The notes: generated by a model from the letters alone, not told the origin. A stretch of DNA of 64,000 nucleotides from Eledone cirrhosa (GCA_964016885.1 OZ024745.1:106330001-106394000); one strand, 5' to 3'. Positions 1-15,007 are shown, counted from the first letter of the stretch. A program made the numbers and translations.

Positions 1-282
1 CTTTTGAGGTAAGTGCCAACTTAACCTGTGACTTTCTGTTTCACATTTACTCCAATAGGCCAAAACAAAGGAGTATGAAAAGAAGGAGCTCAACAATATT
101 TCTATGAACAATGCACGTAGTCAGCTAAACTGTACTTTCAACTTCTTAATTTTCTCCAAATAAAACAAGTTCCTGTCGGTATATTTTCGTGAGTTTTTAA
201 CAGCCACTCACAAATAAACGTTTCTCATTGGAGGTGCTATTACCAATGTTCTTATTCGTGCAACGCCGGGATACACTGCTAG
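1..282 (+). mobile_element. Helitron-like 3' end (5' boundary not defined)
   Basis: Subterminal hairpin ttcgtgcaacgccggg, then CTAG|T at 279-283, the canonical Helitron 3' terminus. Confidence 0.55.
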
Positions 283-327
283 TACTCACTGTTATTATGG
301 TAGATTCAATGTGAGAAACTTTGCGAG

Positions 328-470
328 CATTCAACCTGCTAGAAATAGCAGTCATATCTCTTTCAAATCACGCCCTACCTTATTTTAAAAAGGGTGCTTT
401 ATATAACATAACGCTGGCTTATATGCTCATCGAAAAAATTGTGTGGTATTTCTGTAATCATGGATCTGCT
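328..470. mobile_element. Degenerate copy of a second dispersed SINE-like repeat
   Basis: Motif cctgctagaaatagcagtcatatctctttcaaatcac recurs in diverged form near 19040, 20530 (rc), 39880 (rc), 40420 and 62100 (rc). Confidence 0.5.
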
Positions 471-993
471 CCTCAGTAAATTGTTTACAATATATAGCAA
501 AAACTCTGTATGTTGTGAGTTTAAAATCGTTTGTGGCTGAATTTCTCTTTCCATATTCCATGTGAGATAAATAAGTTAACAATTTTGTGGGCTATATATA
601 ATCTCCTTACTCTCTCACAATTATCTTAGAAATTTGAATTGGCATCTCCTTGCTGATCAAATTGTTGTTCATTTTGTTCTTTGTGGGATTTGTTGCTTTT
701 CATTGCTCATTGACTTCCTTTATATAGAACTAACCGCAGTGATAGGAGCAGTCCCCTTTTCATTTCCCTTTAAAGGGTTAGAATAATTTTCGCAAAAGAA
801 AATTGTTTCCAAATAATTTGAAATTTCCAGTGTGATAACAATATCAAATAAGAGAAAAGGAGAGCATGAAGAGCAGTGCAATCACTATCACAGCTAGTAT
901 AAGTAGCAGCAGCGGCAGTAGCAGCAGTGGCAGTAGCAGCGGTGGCAGCCACATTACAAACACCTACAGCAACAATATTAAAACGCTGTAAAA

Positions 994-1252
994 CAGGCAT
1001 GGGCAACCGTTTTCGAGAAGCGGGTTTGCAAGCGCTAATTTACATTCGTGCCCGCATTAAAAAGGGGCGCTAACTCAGGTTGTTTTGATTTGTTTCTTCA
1101 GAACTCGTACACGCTGCTTTCCTCGATCGTAAAAATGATAGAAAGATAAATTACGACTGAAAAGTTGGGGTAAAAAAACCAGAAAGATTTCACTTAGGTG
1201 ACTTAAGCGAGCCATTCAGAAAGCTTCGCGGGCCGCAGGTTGTCCATCACTG
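994..1252. mobile_element. hAT (Charlie-type) MITE
   Basis: TIRs CAGGCATGGGCAAC / GTTGTCCATCACTG, subterminal cgggccgc motif, 8-bp TSD ctgtaaaa (986-993) / gtgtaaaa (1253-1260). Confidence 0.75.
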
Positions 1253-1491
1253 GTGTAAAAGGTAGTTTTGTTGCTTCACCGGATCGGAACGTTAGAGAGT
1301 GCATGTTTCTCATTATAGCATGAAAGATAGACAAAGGGAAAGAAGTAAGATAGTCGTAATCGTTGGTAAAAGAGCTATTATACCGACACTACTGAAATCG
1401 CCAGCAGAAAGAATAGGCGAACGATTATATTATGGGTCAGAATTCAAACATATCTATTTAGTGATACACATGGTAGATTCCTGCTGGAATG

Positions 1492-1589
1492 TCTTCTTCT
1501 TCTTCTTCGTCTTCTTCTTCTTCTTCTTCTTCTTCTTCTTCTTCTTCTTCTTCTTCTTCTTCTTCTTCTTCTTCTTCTTCTTCTTCTTC
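1492..1589. repeat. (TTC)n microsatellite
   Basis: Directly visible. Confidence 0.95.
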
Positions 1590-1624
1590 AGCCGAGTGTA
1601 CACTAGCCCAAAATATCAGGAAGC

Positions 1625-1697
1625 CTCCCCGGCGGGGAATCGAACACCGGTCTCCTGCGTGAGAGGCGGGGGATACTTACAACTATACTACCGAGGA
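1625..1697 (-). pseudogene. tRNA-Asp-derived pseudogene with CTC anticodon
   Basis: rc TCCTCGGTAGTATAGTTGTAAGTATCCCCCGCCTCTCACGCAGGAGACCGGTGTTCGATTCCCCGCCGGGGAG matches the metazoan tRNA-Asp(GTC) body. It has GTC>CTC, D-loop GG>TG, a 1-nt insertion and stem mismatches. Confidence 0.8.
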
Positions 1698-2334
1698 TCT
1701 CAAAAAAGGAGACGTGAACTTTGTAAATCACTTCAAACTATGCGAATCTGTGAAAACAAAGCTCTAATCCGAAACGACCAACCAAACACACCCCAGAGTC
1801 ACTTTTGGGAGTAGAAATTCCACTCCCATTACGAAGTATATATCGACCAAGAAAACCTGGTGATGATTCCAAACCGTAATAACTCTCATAAACGACACTG
1901 TGGTGCTTTCTGCAGGTATGGTCTACTTTCTTCAAGAAAATCTTTTTGTAACTCGTCTGTTGACCATGCTGCAGCCCTAGTCAAGTGCAAACCAAATTTC
2001 AGTGTCGGACATACAGAATACTCTCCAGCGCTCACAATTCTCTGTCCGTCGGACAATGTGGTCGGTATAACGGTTTTATTTACATTCTATAGAGATTTAT
2101 TGACGACGGTTTGGCGTCAATAAAGAACGATTAAGTAGGTTCTCAGCATGACTTTGATTACAGAGATGACTGTCAACCATCCAAAATGCTTGGCATGGCA
2201 GCATGTTGGGATAAACACATTAAGAATGATAATGTACGGAATTAGATCTGTCCGAGAGCGTGCATAGCGACAAAGCTGTTCTGTTACCGTTCGTTCAACG
2301 GCTGGATATTGTTGATATATTAGTGGTATTCTGA

Positions 2335-2523
2335 TGGCAGTAGATTGGAAGTATCGGTAGAGGATCTGACGCCATGCTTTGCAGCAAAGAGTTACGGCCC
2401 TTTATGGTCTGAGTTCAAATTCCGCAGAGGTTAACTTTGCCTTCCATCCTTACGGAGTCGATAAAATGAACTACCAGTAATGTACTGGGATAATTGCTGG
2501 CCTTGTGCCTATAATAGAAATCC
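2335..2523 (+). mobile_element. tRNA-derived SINE (family S1), full length
   Basis: A-box-like tggaagtatcggtag, B-box gagttcaaattcc, central gccttccatccttacggagtcgataaaat. 17-bp TSD tattagtggtattctga at 2318-2334 / 2524-2540. Confidence 0.9.
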
Positions 2524-2981
2524 TATTAGTGGTATTCTGAAAAGTTGTCGTATGTTGAATTGATTCGGCTACCAGCCAATTCCCTTGTTAAGATCATCCC
2601 GTCAATTTCATTTAGCAATCAGTATTCGCCGACTGGGAACTATGGCGAAAAATGTGTGGTGGTTTATATTAAGAAGACTGAGGACTAGTGCTTGTCAACA
2701 ATGTGCTATTTCAATAAATATGTTTTCCCTAGAAACTTCTAAACGTTTATTATTCGTTTCACTCGGATGCTTTTTCAAAAATGCATATTCAAAATGTTTC
2801 TAATTTACCTATTTCTATGCTATTGCTGTTCAACAATATTGAGGATAATTCTCATAATCTATTTTCCTTAATGTTGTAAGATTTAGGCTCTTATTTAATG
2901 TGTATTTTCTTTATTGTAAGGAGTCCAATGTTTACAGATATATTTTTCCATTACACCTAATATTATGGGAATATTATCTAA

Positions 2982-3830
2982 TCTATATATTAATTTCAAC
3001 AATGTCTGTATTCCGCGTGTCATAATTCTCGATTATCATTGGTTCATAGATTTCAAACGACTCCGCCCACCTCAACGACGCCAAACTTAAATTAATATGC
3101 ATAATGCCAATGAGAGAGTGAGAGGGGAGAGTAAGAAACAGAGAGGCGAAGTGAACGCTGTAACTATTACCATGTGTGCGTGTGTATGTACGTGCGCGTA
3201 TGTTTAAGTTTGTGTGCGTGCAGCGTTTCACAGAAAGTAAAAGCAATTCGACTTTATCAAACAGTGAACTACAGCGGCGACGGCGTGCAGCCAGGAATGA
3301 AGAAAAAAGGGCCGAACAGCGCCATCACAACGCCGAACTTCAGAGGCGAAGACGTGCCGCCATGAATGAAGAAGAGCTGGCTGAACAGCGCCAACGGAAC
3401 ACTGGAGCCAAGCAGTGACGGCGTGCTTTGAAGACGAACTGGCTGAGCATTATCTTTTATATGAATTATCTATATGTATATCTACATATAATATAAAAGA
3501 TTGGAACTTCCTTCATCCTTTTGAGAAACGTGGAACAACCCCGTCTATGCAATGATACACGTTTTACAGTCAGACAGAAGATGAACCATCTCCTAGAGGT
3601 CACTATTCTAGGTGGGAGCACCTAGAATTGTTCATATACTATGCACAAACGGTACAATGAAGAATCTGGTATATCTGGAAGATTTTTTTTACTGTTTTTT
3701 TTTTTATCACACAAACACAACGGACTCGCATCATACTGTAACCAGACAATCATCCAATACAGTCATTTTTACTTTTACCTGTCTTCTCTTATCATCCGTT
3801 TACCCGGGCGAAGCTGGGTACGTCACCTAG
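2982..3830 (+). mobile_element. Non-autonomous Helitron with RepHel remnants
   Basis: A|TC start; hairpin acccgggcgaagctgggt + CTAG|T end. Internal Pif1-helicase remnant LRNVEQPRLCNDTRFTVRQKMNHLLEVTILGG (~3521-3617) and C-terminal-like TMKNLVYLED. Confidence 0.85.
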
Positions 3831-4321
3831 TAATATCAATGCTATCTTAAGTGCGTCGCTAGATTAAAACGTCTATGTATTTTAATGTAGCCTTCTAATA
3901 TTTCATATTACATAGTTGAGTCCTATCCTTTATAACAATACATTTCTTATTTAGACACCGCTAAATAAGAAATTTATTGTTATGTAGGATAGAGAATACA
4001 AACAATTTATAGCTTTCTACATAGCCAGAATTAGTAATACACTGGGATAATTGCTGGCCTTGTGCCAAAAGTAGAAATAATTATTATTATAGTTTACTTG
4101 TATAAGGAATGCAATGTTTAATAATCATAAACTGGCTTCTGTAAAAAACACATAAAGTAAACTTATCCACTAAACTGCACCTTTATTTTACTTGACATAT
4201 ATCATCAAGTGCATCCTCAAAATTTTCGACATTATCGTATCCTTTTTCTCCACCACATTATCATCACCAGCACCATCACCACTCTCATAAAAATCGTGTT
4301 AAATGCTATCATCGTGGTCAT

Positions 4322-4510
4322 CGGATTGGCAGTATCGGTAGAGGGATGGACGCCATGTTTTGACGCATAGAGTTACATCGCTTGCCATTCTGAGTTCAAA
4401 TCCCGCCGAGGTTAACTTTGCCTTTCATCCTTACGGGGGTCGATAAAATAAAGTACCAGTAATACACTGGTGTATTTGCTGGCCTTGTGCCAAAAGTAGA
4501 AACATTTATT
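4322..4510 (+). mobile_element. S1 SINE
   Basis: Full-length match to other copies; a 3' fragment also lies at 4033-4090. Confidence 0.9.
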
Positions 4511-4566
4511 ATCATCAATGTCCTCATGATCACAATCTTTACCACGAACATCAACATATATGAAAT

Positions 4567-5185
4567 TAATTGTTTCTACTTTTGGCACAAGGCCAGCAAT
4601 TACCCCAGGGCATGACTGGTACTTTATTTTATCGACCCCGTAAGGATGAAAGGCAAAATCGTATCCATGATTTTTCTTCCAACTCATTATCATTGTTATT
4701 TTTATTACTGAGCCAAGAAAAAGAACAACTCTATATGGTCGGTAATTGCGCCAGAAACAACAGTCAAACCTCTCTCAAAATAAAATAGATCAAAGCATGA
4801 ATTTGATAAATAATTGTTTCTACTTTTAGCACAAGGCCAGCAATTATCCCAGTGTATTACTGGTACTTTATTTTATCGACCCCCCTTAAGGATGAAAGGC
4901 AAAATTAACTTCGGCCGGATTTAAATTCAGACCATAAAGGGCCGTAACTCTATGCTGCAAAGGATGGCGTCAGATCCTCTACCTATACTGCCAATCCACT
5001 AAATAATTGTTTCTACGTTTGGCACAAGGCCAGCAATTATCTCAGTGCATTACTGGTGCCTTATTTTATCGACCCCGTAATGCACTGAGGGGCAAAGTAA
5101 AATTTGGCGGGATTTGAGCTCGGTTCATAAAAGGACGTAACTTTATGCTGGAAAGCCTGCGACTCTGTACTGATACTGCCAATGC
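4567..5185 (-). mobile_element. Cluster of three S1 SINEs (4567-4658 partial, 4809-5000, 5001-5185)
   Basis: Reverse-complement matches to S1; the last two are head-to-tail. Confidence 0.85.
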
Positions 5186-5600
5186 TAGACAGTGTGTTTG
5201 AAAACAAAACAAGATAGCCAACGTTGGGACGCAATCTGCTTTATCATCGTCGTCTGCTGAACGTTTTTCATCATGAAGATTAAACAAAAAGTAGCGAAGA
5301 GTAATCCTAATTCAAACATCGAAGCAGAATATTCGGCTTTAAGCTGTTATATGATCCTCCTTCATAGCTTTTTCAATGTACTTTTTTAAATAAGATTTCA
5401 TGTATATAGGAACGATTTGAAGCTTGGGACTCTGGAGTGAACTATATTCTAAGATAAAAATGTTACATGTGTGCCACAGATGTTTCCGAGTGGCAAAATA
5501 TATTTCACATAGTCGTATATTACACACACGCACACAGACATATGTATGAGCTTGTATGTGACCATTCTGTTTTCTGAAAGTTATTTTGCAGTTATCTTAG

Positions 5601-5747
<147 letters not shown>

Positions 5748-5809
5748 AACAGAGTAAACATCACACACACACGGGTCTATGTGGTTGTTTAAGTATATGT
5801 ATGTATATA

Positions 5810-5845
5810 CTAGCAGCAATACCCGGCTTCAACCGGGTTTGTTAG
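5810..5845 (-). mobile_element. Helitron-like 3' terminus
   Basis: rc acccggttgaagccgggtattgctgCTAG|T: hairpin plus CTAG. Confidence 0.55.
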
Positions 5846-5867
5846 TACCGAAAATATATAAAATTAC

Positions 5868-6040
5868 ATCGGTAGAGGGTCGGACACCATGCTTTCCATC
5901 ATAGTTATGTCCCTTTACGATCTGAGTTCAAATCCCGCCGAGGTTGACTTTGCCTTTCATCCTTACGGGGTCGATAAAATAAAGTACCAGTAATGCACTG
6001 GGTAATTGCTGGCCTTATGCCTAAAGTAGAAACAATTAAT
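5868..6040 (+). mobile_element. S1 SINE
   Basis: Sequence match to S1. Confidence 0.9.
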
Positions 6041-6054
6041 TTCTTTCTCTCTAT

Positions 6055-6096
<42 letters not shown>

Positions 6097-6884
6097 CTCT
6101 CTCATTCTTGTTCTCTCTCCACCTTCTCACACAAACATATATGTAATCATGCATGCATGTATATATGCATATGTGTACGTATGTATGTGTATATACATGT
6201 GTGTACTTACAAAGATATAAAATTAACTATAGTAATGGCAGTGGCGATGACAATAGCGCGGGGGGGGGGGGTATGTTGCTGCTGGTTGGTGTAAATGTAA
6301 GAGTTTGAATGAATTAATATTTGTGTGAATAAGGAAGCGAAGGAGTGAACGACTGTATGTAAGTGAATTAATGAAAATACTAGTGAGAGATATGTGGAAT
6401 GAGGGGCAGTGTTATTGTGTGGTGAAGTGTATGATTTAGGCCGTAAAGAAACTATAAGATACCTTCGGTATAGTCACTTCACCTCACATAATGTAGTCGC
6501 CAATCTCTACCCAATTTAAAATAGGGTCACGTAATTAAAATAGAAAAGACGCAAATAATGCAAAGAGCCGTTCTATGGTTGCAGGGCCATTAAAATTAAC
6601 AGTCACATCATCCCAACGCACGGAATTTTAAATTTGAGGGACACATTAGATAACATAGTTGTAAATACATATCTTAATAAGAGATAGGATGGCCACAGGT
6701 GGAGTGTAAACTGATATCCAGATGTGTGTAGTTCTATACGTGTGTAATCTACTATACGTGAAACTACTTAATCAATTGTAAAACAAGAGTTCATGTACTG
6801 GGCTTTAATTGTATTTTCCAAATTAGTCAGTTTATTCCTGTTTTTATAGACACTAACTTATCAGTAGTCCCAGTTTGTCTGAGA

Positions 6885-6933
<49 letters not shown>

Positions 6934-6995
6934 GCATATATTAGGTTCGTATATATCATGTGTGTATGTATATATGTATGTTCTGGTTTTATAAT

Positions 6996-7165
6996 AATTG
7001 TTTCTACTTTTGGCACAAGGGCAGCAATTATTCCAGTGTATTACTGGTACTTTATTTTATCGACCCCGTAAGGATGAAAGGTAAAGTTAACCACTCAGTT
7101 CGTAAAGGGACATAACTGTGTTGCAAAGCATGGCGTCCGACCCTCTACCGATACTGCTAATCCGC
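6996..7165 (-). mobile_element. S1 SINE with ~52-bp flanking duplication
   Basis: aggttcgtatatatcatg...ttctggttttataat at 6943-6995 and 7166-7216. Confidence 0.85.
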
Positions 7166-7199
7166 AGGTTCGTATATATCATGTATGTATATATATGTA

Positions 7200-7820
7200 T
7201 GTTCTGGTTTTATAATTTCACAATTTTTTCCCAATAGAGAGAGAGTCGGTTTCTAACATAGACACAAGACTCTCTCATTGGAATTTACACAACATCAACT
7301 AGGTAGATTATGTATGCATGCATGTGTAGATATGAATGTTATTGTATGTGTGGATGTGTATGTTTTGAGTTGTGTGAGTGCATGTGTATATGCTTTGTAT
7401 CTGTACATGTGTATATGCAGTCCTTAGATGCACAATTTTTGGAATGTTTTACATATTTTTACTGTTCCATTAATGGATTTTACTTGTAATTTCCTAACGA
7501 GTTGTGTTCTTTCTGTTCCTGTGAAGCCTAGCTTCTCAAGATTTGTATTGAGACAGTTACTAACATACCCCAGTGCCCCAATAATCACAGGCATAAATCT
7601 GAAGGTGTAATCAGGGTGGAGTATCTGCAGATTTCTCATCAGTTCTGCATAAATATTCTTCTTTTCGCTAATCTTTGATATTATATTGGCATCTGCTGGG
7701 CAGCTAATTTCCACTACTGTGCATGTTTTCTTTTCCCTGTCACATATCATAATATCTGGTCTGTTATGCCTGCATTGTATTGGAGTTTTTACTGGAACAT
7801 TCCACTGGTACTCTTTCATA
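7200..7820 (-). mobile_element. 5'-truncated R4/Dong-clade LINE (restriction-like endonuclease domain + 3' UTR)
   Basis: ORF segment HNRPDIMICDREKKTCTVVEISCP...EKKNIYAEL...PVIIGALG is a PD-(D/E)xK RLE C-terminus, stop at 7424; flanked by (TACA)n. Confidence 0.85.
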
Positions 7821-8047
7821 TTATGTATGTATGTATATATGTATGTTTGTATGTATACATGTATAATTATATGTATGCATGTATGTATGTCTGTATGTAC
7901 ACATGTATAATTATATGTATACATGTATGTATGTATGTAATTATGTATGTACGTATGCATGCATGAATATGTGTATGTTTGCATGCATGTATGTATGTAC
8001 CTATGTATGTATGCATGCATATATGTATGTTTGTATGTATGTATGTT

Positions 8048-8665
8048 ATGTCGGGTCACTCTTGAGTGCTACTGGTAACATGTAACCCAGTACAACCTGT
8101 CGTATGGTCGGGTCATCGGTGACTAAACAGGAAACCCCACAAAGTTTACTTGGTGAGGAGGGTGATTTTGGACACCCAGCAGGACAAAAATCAAAACCTG
8201 ACAAAGGCGGAAGAACTCATAAGAGTCAACAGCCATCCCAAACCCTAAATATGTATGTACATGCGTTTATATATATGTATGTATATATGTGTATGCATAT
8301 GTATGTATATGGGCGGGGACATAGAAATAATCGGTCTGGATACCCGATCGCGCGGTTAAACCACTGGGAGTGATGGACTCCTAGCTATGTCAAGGCATTC
8401 TTCTAGGAGAAGGCAACTCAGGAAACTGGGATAACTCCGATATAAAACCTGCAGCTCACTAGTTACCGATGATGTGGATCTTTTCTTCTTTTCGGGTTAT
8501 AGCTACTGTCGCTCAGAGAGTGGGATTGGCTCAGTGAACAGTCTTTCCTCACTTTAAAAAATATCTTCACGTATAGGCATTGCACGATAGCATTAATTCA
8601 TAATTATTAATAATGTTATATCGTGCAATGGCCATACTCGATAACGAGAGGTCAGCCATCATCAA
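8048..8665 (+). mobile_element. RTE-derived non-autonomous element fragments
   Basis: 8048-8245 and 8470-8583 match 59760-60150 (rc); RTE-5'UTR-like ctaggagaaggcaactc motif. Confidence 0.55.
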
Positions 8666-9000
8666 GTATGAATGAATGCAGATATGTTCAGGATATGTTA
8701 CAGGTACGTGAGGCTGGCGGTAACCTAAAAGTGCACCAAATTCTATAATCTGACAAACGATTGCAATATACTTAGCAGAGTTTGTAGCCATCATGTATGT
8801 ATATATGTATATATGCATATATGCATGTATGTGTGTATATTTTTATTGTATGTGTACAAGGATACTGACTAAACGATAGACCAAATTCACACTAATGACA
8901 TGGGAAACCTGGAAATTGCTCAATACTTTGCCATACCGACGACGAATGATATATTGATATAAGGGACTATGTAGATAACGAAAGTATATGTGTATACGTG

Positions 9001-9060
<60 letters not shown>

Positions 9061-9126
9061 CATACACATACACACACACACACATATATATATATATGTA
9101 TATATAGGTATGTATTTATGTATATA

Positions 9127-9167
<41 letters not shown>

Positions 9168-9168
<1 letters not shown>

Positions 9169-10010
9169 GGGCGGGTAAAATTCCTGAGATCCATGGACGA
9201 GTTCTGTCCAGCGGTCTCTGTCCCTCATTATCGCTGTCTGTCCTTAGGGCATCAACATACATTAACCTTGGTCTTCCTCTTCCAGTGTGTTATTGTAGGG
9301 GCTCCCACAGGAGCACTGAGTGCAATGTCAACTCTCGATGTCGGTGAGCATGTCCAGCTAACCTCAGTCTCCTCTGTGTCACTTTTGAGCTGACTTTTGG
9401 GAGGCTCCCATACAGCTCTGAGTTTTTCATCCTCAGTGTATACTGATTAATGTTCAGAGCCATCCTCAGCATTCTCGTGTAGCACCCATTCACCATCTGA
9501 GTGAGTTTCTTGGTCAGTGTCCAAGTCTCAGACCCGTACAGCAGCACAGACTCCACTACAGCAATAAAGAGGCAGATTTTCAGGTCTTTACGAAGGTCCG
9601 ACTTCCACACCGATCTCAAGCTGTGGCACGCCGCCCAGGCTTTGCTCTTCCTCTCAACCACATCATCTTCCGTATTCCCAATCTTTGCTCCCAAGTACAG
9701 GAAGTCCTCAACCAAATCTAGCGGCTTCCCGCCGACAAGTGATCCCCTCTGGCTTCTCAACATTCTCTACCAGATATTTTGTTTTAGACTCATTCATTCT
9801 CAGCCCCACACTCATCGACACAGTCTCAACCTCCTGCATCAACTCCTCTGCCTCCTTCACTGTATTTGTCACCAGAACTATGTCGTTGGCAAATTCAGCA
9901 TCTGATACCTTTTTCGCCTTAACTCTCCTGCTCTGAGCCGGTGCTACAGTAAATCCAGAGTCCTGGTGTTTCTCCAGTGCAAGGCGTATACAATAGTCCA
10001 CTACGATGAT
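9168..10010 (-). mobile_element. RTE-clade LINE 3' fragment (RT C-terminus, frameshifted)
   Basis: EFANDIVL (YADD-like), [33 protein letters not shown]. Confidence 0.9.
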
Positions 10011-10121
10011 GAAAAGATAACAAGGACGATTGGTTACTTCTTCATTACATATATATATACATATATATCCAACCAACCAATAAATGTAATGAAGGAGTAA
10101 CCAATCTTCCTTGTTATCTTT

Positions 10122-10216
<95 letters not shown>

Positions 10217-10566
10217 ATATATATGTATGTATAGTAGAATGATCGAGAATCGGAATATCGGCCCACGAAATCACGATAAGCAATATCCGACATGTGTGGC
10301 AGAGGGCTCAATAGTTTGGATAAACCAGAGCTATAACTATCGTTAAAATACCAACACACAGAGATCTTGCCTAAAATCACCCGTGCAGCCGAAAAAGAAC
10401 GACCAGGAAGATTCGGGTCACTCAAATAAAATATCAATAAATTAATAAATTAAATGAATGTAAAAAACTCACACGGACCCGCTAGAAGGATGTTAAATTC
10501 TAGCTTTTGGGGTTTCTGCAATTCCTTAGGTTCCATGTGTTATATATATATACATATATATATATG

Positions 10567-10622
<56 letters not shown>

Positions 10623-10818
10623 ACACATGGAACCTGAGTAAACTTGTTTTGATCAGCATCGACAAAGGAAAGGTCCTGACCAAACTGCCCGACTTTACAT
10701 TACAAGAACGTATCTTATTTTACGGACTGTTTTGATATATATACATACATATACATACATATACATATATATATAGTGATCATGGTGTATATGAATATAA
10801 TACATATATATATATAAT

Positions 10819-11240
<422 letters not shown>

Positions 11241-11979
11241 GTATGTGTATATATATATATTCATTTGCATCATGATCACTATATCACTATATAACCTGTA
11301 TATGTGTACTTGATTTATTTTTTGTAATACTTCTTATGTCTGTCTATTTAGGTCTCGACGAGATAAGATAATTGCACTCACACCACGTTAGAGGTCCGAC
11401 GCACATTTGTCGGAAATATCCTTCAAACTTTTCTCAAATGAAATAGGAAAACATACATTAAAAAGGACGACGAAATCTATACCTCGTCAGAATTAGTAAA
11501 ATAACAGTAACGCAAAACGAAACAAGACATAAACAAATAATAAAAGAGATGTAAAGAGAAAGAAGTGGAATTGCTAATTAGCAGTGACTTATTTCTTTCT
11601 TGTAGACTAATTTTGCTATTATTTGTGTTTGTTCAGTTTGTTTCGTTTTTCAGTTTGGCGAGCTTTTTTTATTCCATTTTTTCCTTCTTTTCACAACAAT
11701 GATTGACTTCACTAATCTTGAATTACCAATTTACTAGAGAGCTAGGCCATAACTTTTGATAGGTGGAGCAAAACTAACAAGATACTTATTTTTCTTCTCT
11801 TTACATGTTTTTCTTTTTTTTTTAATTTCAGTGTATTTACTTTTTTATAGCTAATTGTTATTGATGTGACTTATTTTATTTCATTCTATTTTGTTTCATT
11901 TTGTTGTTTTTATTATTATTATTGTTATTATATCTTTTTTTTTTTTTTACATTGAAGCCTCTGCTGTTACTACTACTCA

Positions 11980-12600
<621 letters not shown>

Positions 12601-13409
12601 AGTAATCACATCTACTATGTAGTTATTGGTGTTTTGTGGTAACTTTCTTTCCATTTTCAGTTTCTCTAAATGGTTAGGATAAATCGTATTCATTTCTAAG
12701 CTAGGCACAATATGAAATAAATGGGCGGTGTAGCCAATTAGATCAATATCTTTACATGGTTACATTAATTCTTTCGGTCGGGAGAGGGTGTCAAAAATCT
12801 ACGTTTAGCCGGGCGAGATTTGAATTCATAACGTAAAGGGGCATCGGATCAGGCATTGCACTTTCAAATTCCTCTATTACATTACTGTTTCTTATCATGA
12901 TTATTAAAGGTATATTAGCAATAAGGATAATGTTCATTTCTCCATAGGTGTGAAACATATCAAATATTTAAATGCCTTTGTCTAATAAAGAAGTAAAAAA
13001 ACTATCAAAGTCCACTTATCTTGAATAGAAAATAAGCAGGATGAGAGTTATGAAAGTAAAAAAACAATGTTAGTAATTATTTCAACATAAGGTATGATAA
13101 GGTAGGATATGATTAAAATCATAAGAATCATTCCACGCCTCTCTCATCTCCATAGTTAGAATAAAAAACTGGACTCCTTCCAAATCATTCACACACTATT
13201 TCAATTCAATAGTACCATTCATATAGTACTCTTTATACACAACACACACACACACACACACAACACAAGCCATATAAATCAACCGATAGAATAAACATAA
13301 CTCATAAAATACAGACGCAGCTAAACCACAGTCGTAGACTCTCACACAATCGACACAGCTCAAGAGGGAAATAACCTAATAGATATTCTTACATTATCGA
13401 TAACCAATA

Positions 13410-13600
13410 TAATTGTTTCTATATTTGCCACAAGGCGAGCACTTATCCCAGTGCATTACTGGTACTTTATTTTATCGCCCCCGCAAGGATGAAAGGCAAA
13501 GTTAACCTCGGCAGGACTTGAACTCAGTCCATAAAGGGACGTAGCTCTATGCTGCGAAGCATGGCTTTCGCCCTTCGACTGATACTGCCAATCCACCGCC
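13410..13600 (-). mobile_element. S1 SINE
   Basis: Reverse-complement match to S1. Confidence 0.9.
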
Positions 13601-14064
13601 CTTCGATAATATTAATAAGTCGCGCAAACTCACATGCTACACAATTCCCACTCAATAAACTCCCATGGAGGCCACACAACAATCACCGCCCTGAATCACC
13701 TAACAATCGATACTCACATTTAACCCAGCAAAATATTTTAACTCACATTGTACTTGCTCTGTACTACAGTCGAAACACTAAATGATGGTCAAAGACAACA
13801 CAATCGACCACTCAACAAAGCAGCATTGCAGATAAGTCTACATTACCAAACGGCAATATTTTATAAACCACAGAAACATACTTGATGTTGCAATAGTAAC
13901 TCGAATAAAATTGTTGAAAACAAAACGATCTTAATAATGGGGTTTCATCTCCTGTCGAAAAACATATCGTATTAATAAAATTCTCTTTTTCCAGTAATGT
14001 ATCATGCTTGTAATGTATCTAATATTGTCACAGACACACACACGCACATATACATATATACATA

Positions 14065-14103
<39 letters not shown>

Positions 14104-14299
14104 ACCTAACTTATCGAGTGCTTTTCTAATTCATCATTTCATATAAGTAGGCCGCCAGAGATTCGATTTTAATAAATTTCCAATTATATATATATATATG
14201 TATGTAAAAGTTCTATTTAAATTGTTGCGATGCAACAAGCAAATATTTTTATGACTGATATAAAGCACTCAGCAAATAATTGGAGTAAAAATACGATTA

Positions 14300-14661
14300 A
14301 AGCAATGCAAATATCGGATAAGTAGCACTCAACAGTTTAAAGGACTGGAGTATGAATAATATAAGATCAAAAGATGGTTAAAAGAGTTCCATGTATTTTG
14401 TTATGCGCATTTCAAAAACAAATATCATAATGGGATGATATTTGCGTCCTCATCAGATAAAATAGGGAGACATGATATGAAGTTTAAAAACACTTGCGAG
14501 CAGTAGATTTAACACTTCTCTGCTCGCAAGTGTTTTTTAAACTTCATATCATGTCTCCCTATTGTATCTGATGAGGACGCAAATATCATCCCATGATGAT
14601 ATTTGTTTTTGAAATGCGCATAATAAAATACATGGAACTCTTTTAACCATCTTTTGATCTC

Positions 14662-14668
<7 letters not shown>
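14300..14668. mobile_element. Hammerhead element family A, copy 2, hairpin form (HHRs 14395-14463 minus, 14561-14629 plus)
   Basis: ~145-bp inverted arms; plus arm attgtat CTGATGA ggacgcaaatatcatc-ccat-gatgatatttgttttt GAAA tgcgca TA ataaaat. Confidence 0.85.
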
Positions 14669-14706
<38 letters not shown>

Positions 14707-14971
14707 CATTTAAATATTCCACACGACACTCTACCACTTTTCCTCTACTACAATCTTCTTACAACACCTTCTTCTTCTCACCCGTCTATTTTTCAGTCCC
14801 ACCCTAGTCCCTTCAATATGCCTAATCTCAAACCTTTTCTACGCCAGCTCCATTCTACTCTCAAGCGCTTCCTCTAACCTCTCCCTCCTACGACAGCACC
14901 AACAGTTTTGCAAGACATTTTTTCCAATTCCATTCCGCCCGACCCCTCAATCTATTTTATTTCTTATTCTT

Positions 14972-15007
14972 TCTTCTGATTAAGGACTAGCGTCCGAAAC
15001 GTTAAGA
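14972..15007 (+). ncRNA. Minimal Penelope-type hammerhead (family Q element ~14704-15097)
   Basis: TCTT-CTGATTA-a-GGAC tagc GTCC-GAAACGTT-AAGA; palindromic ACGT stem III, one core substitution. Tail recurs at 28801-28857. Confidence 0.7.

Noticed and set aside
10622-10735. LISIDKG resembling the PLE DKG motif
   Set aside because: Too short, and no adjoining RT motifs.
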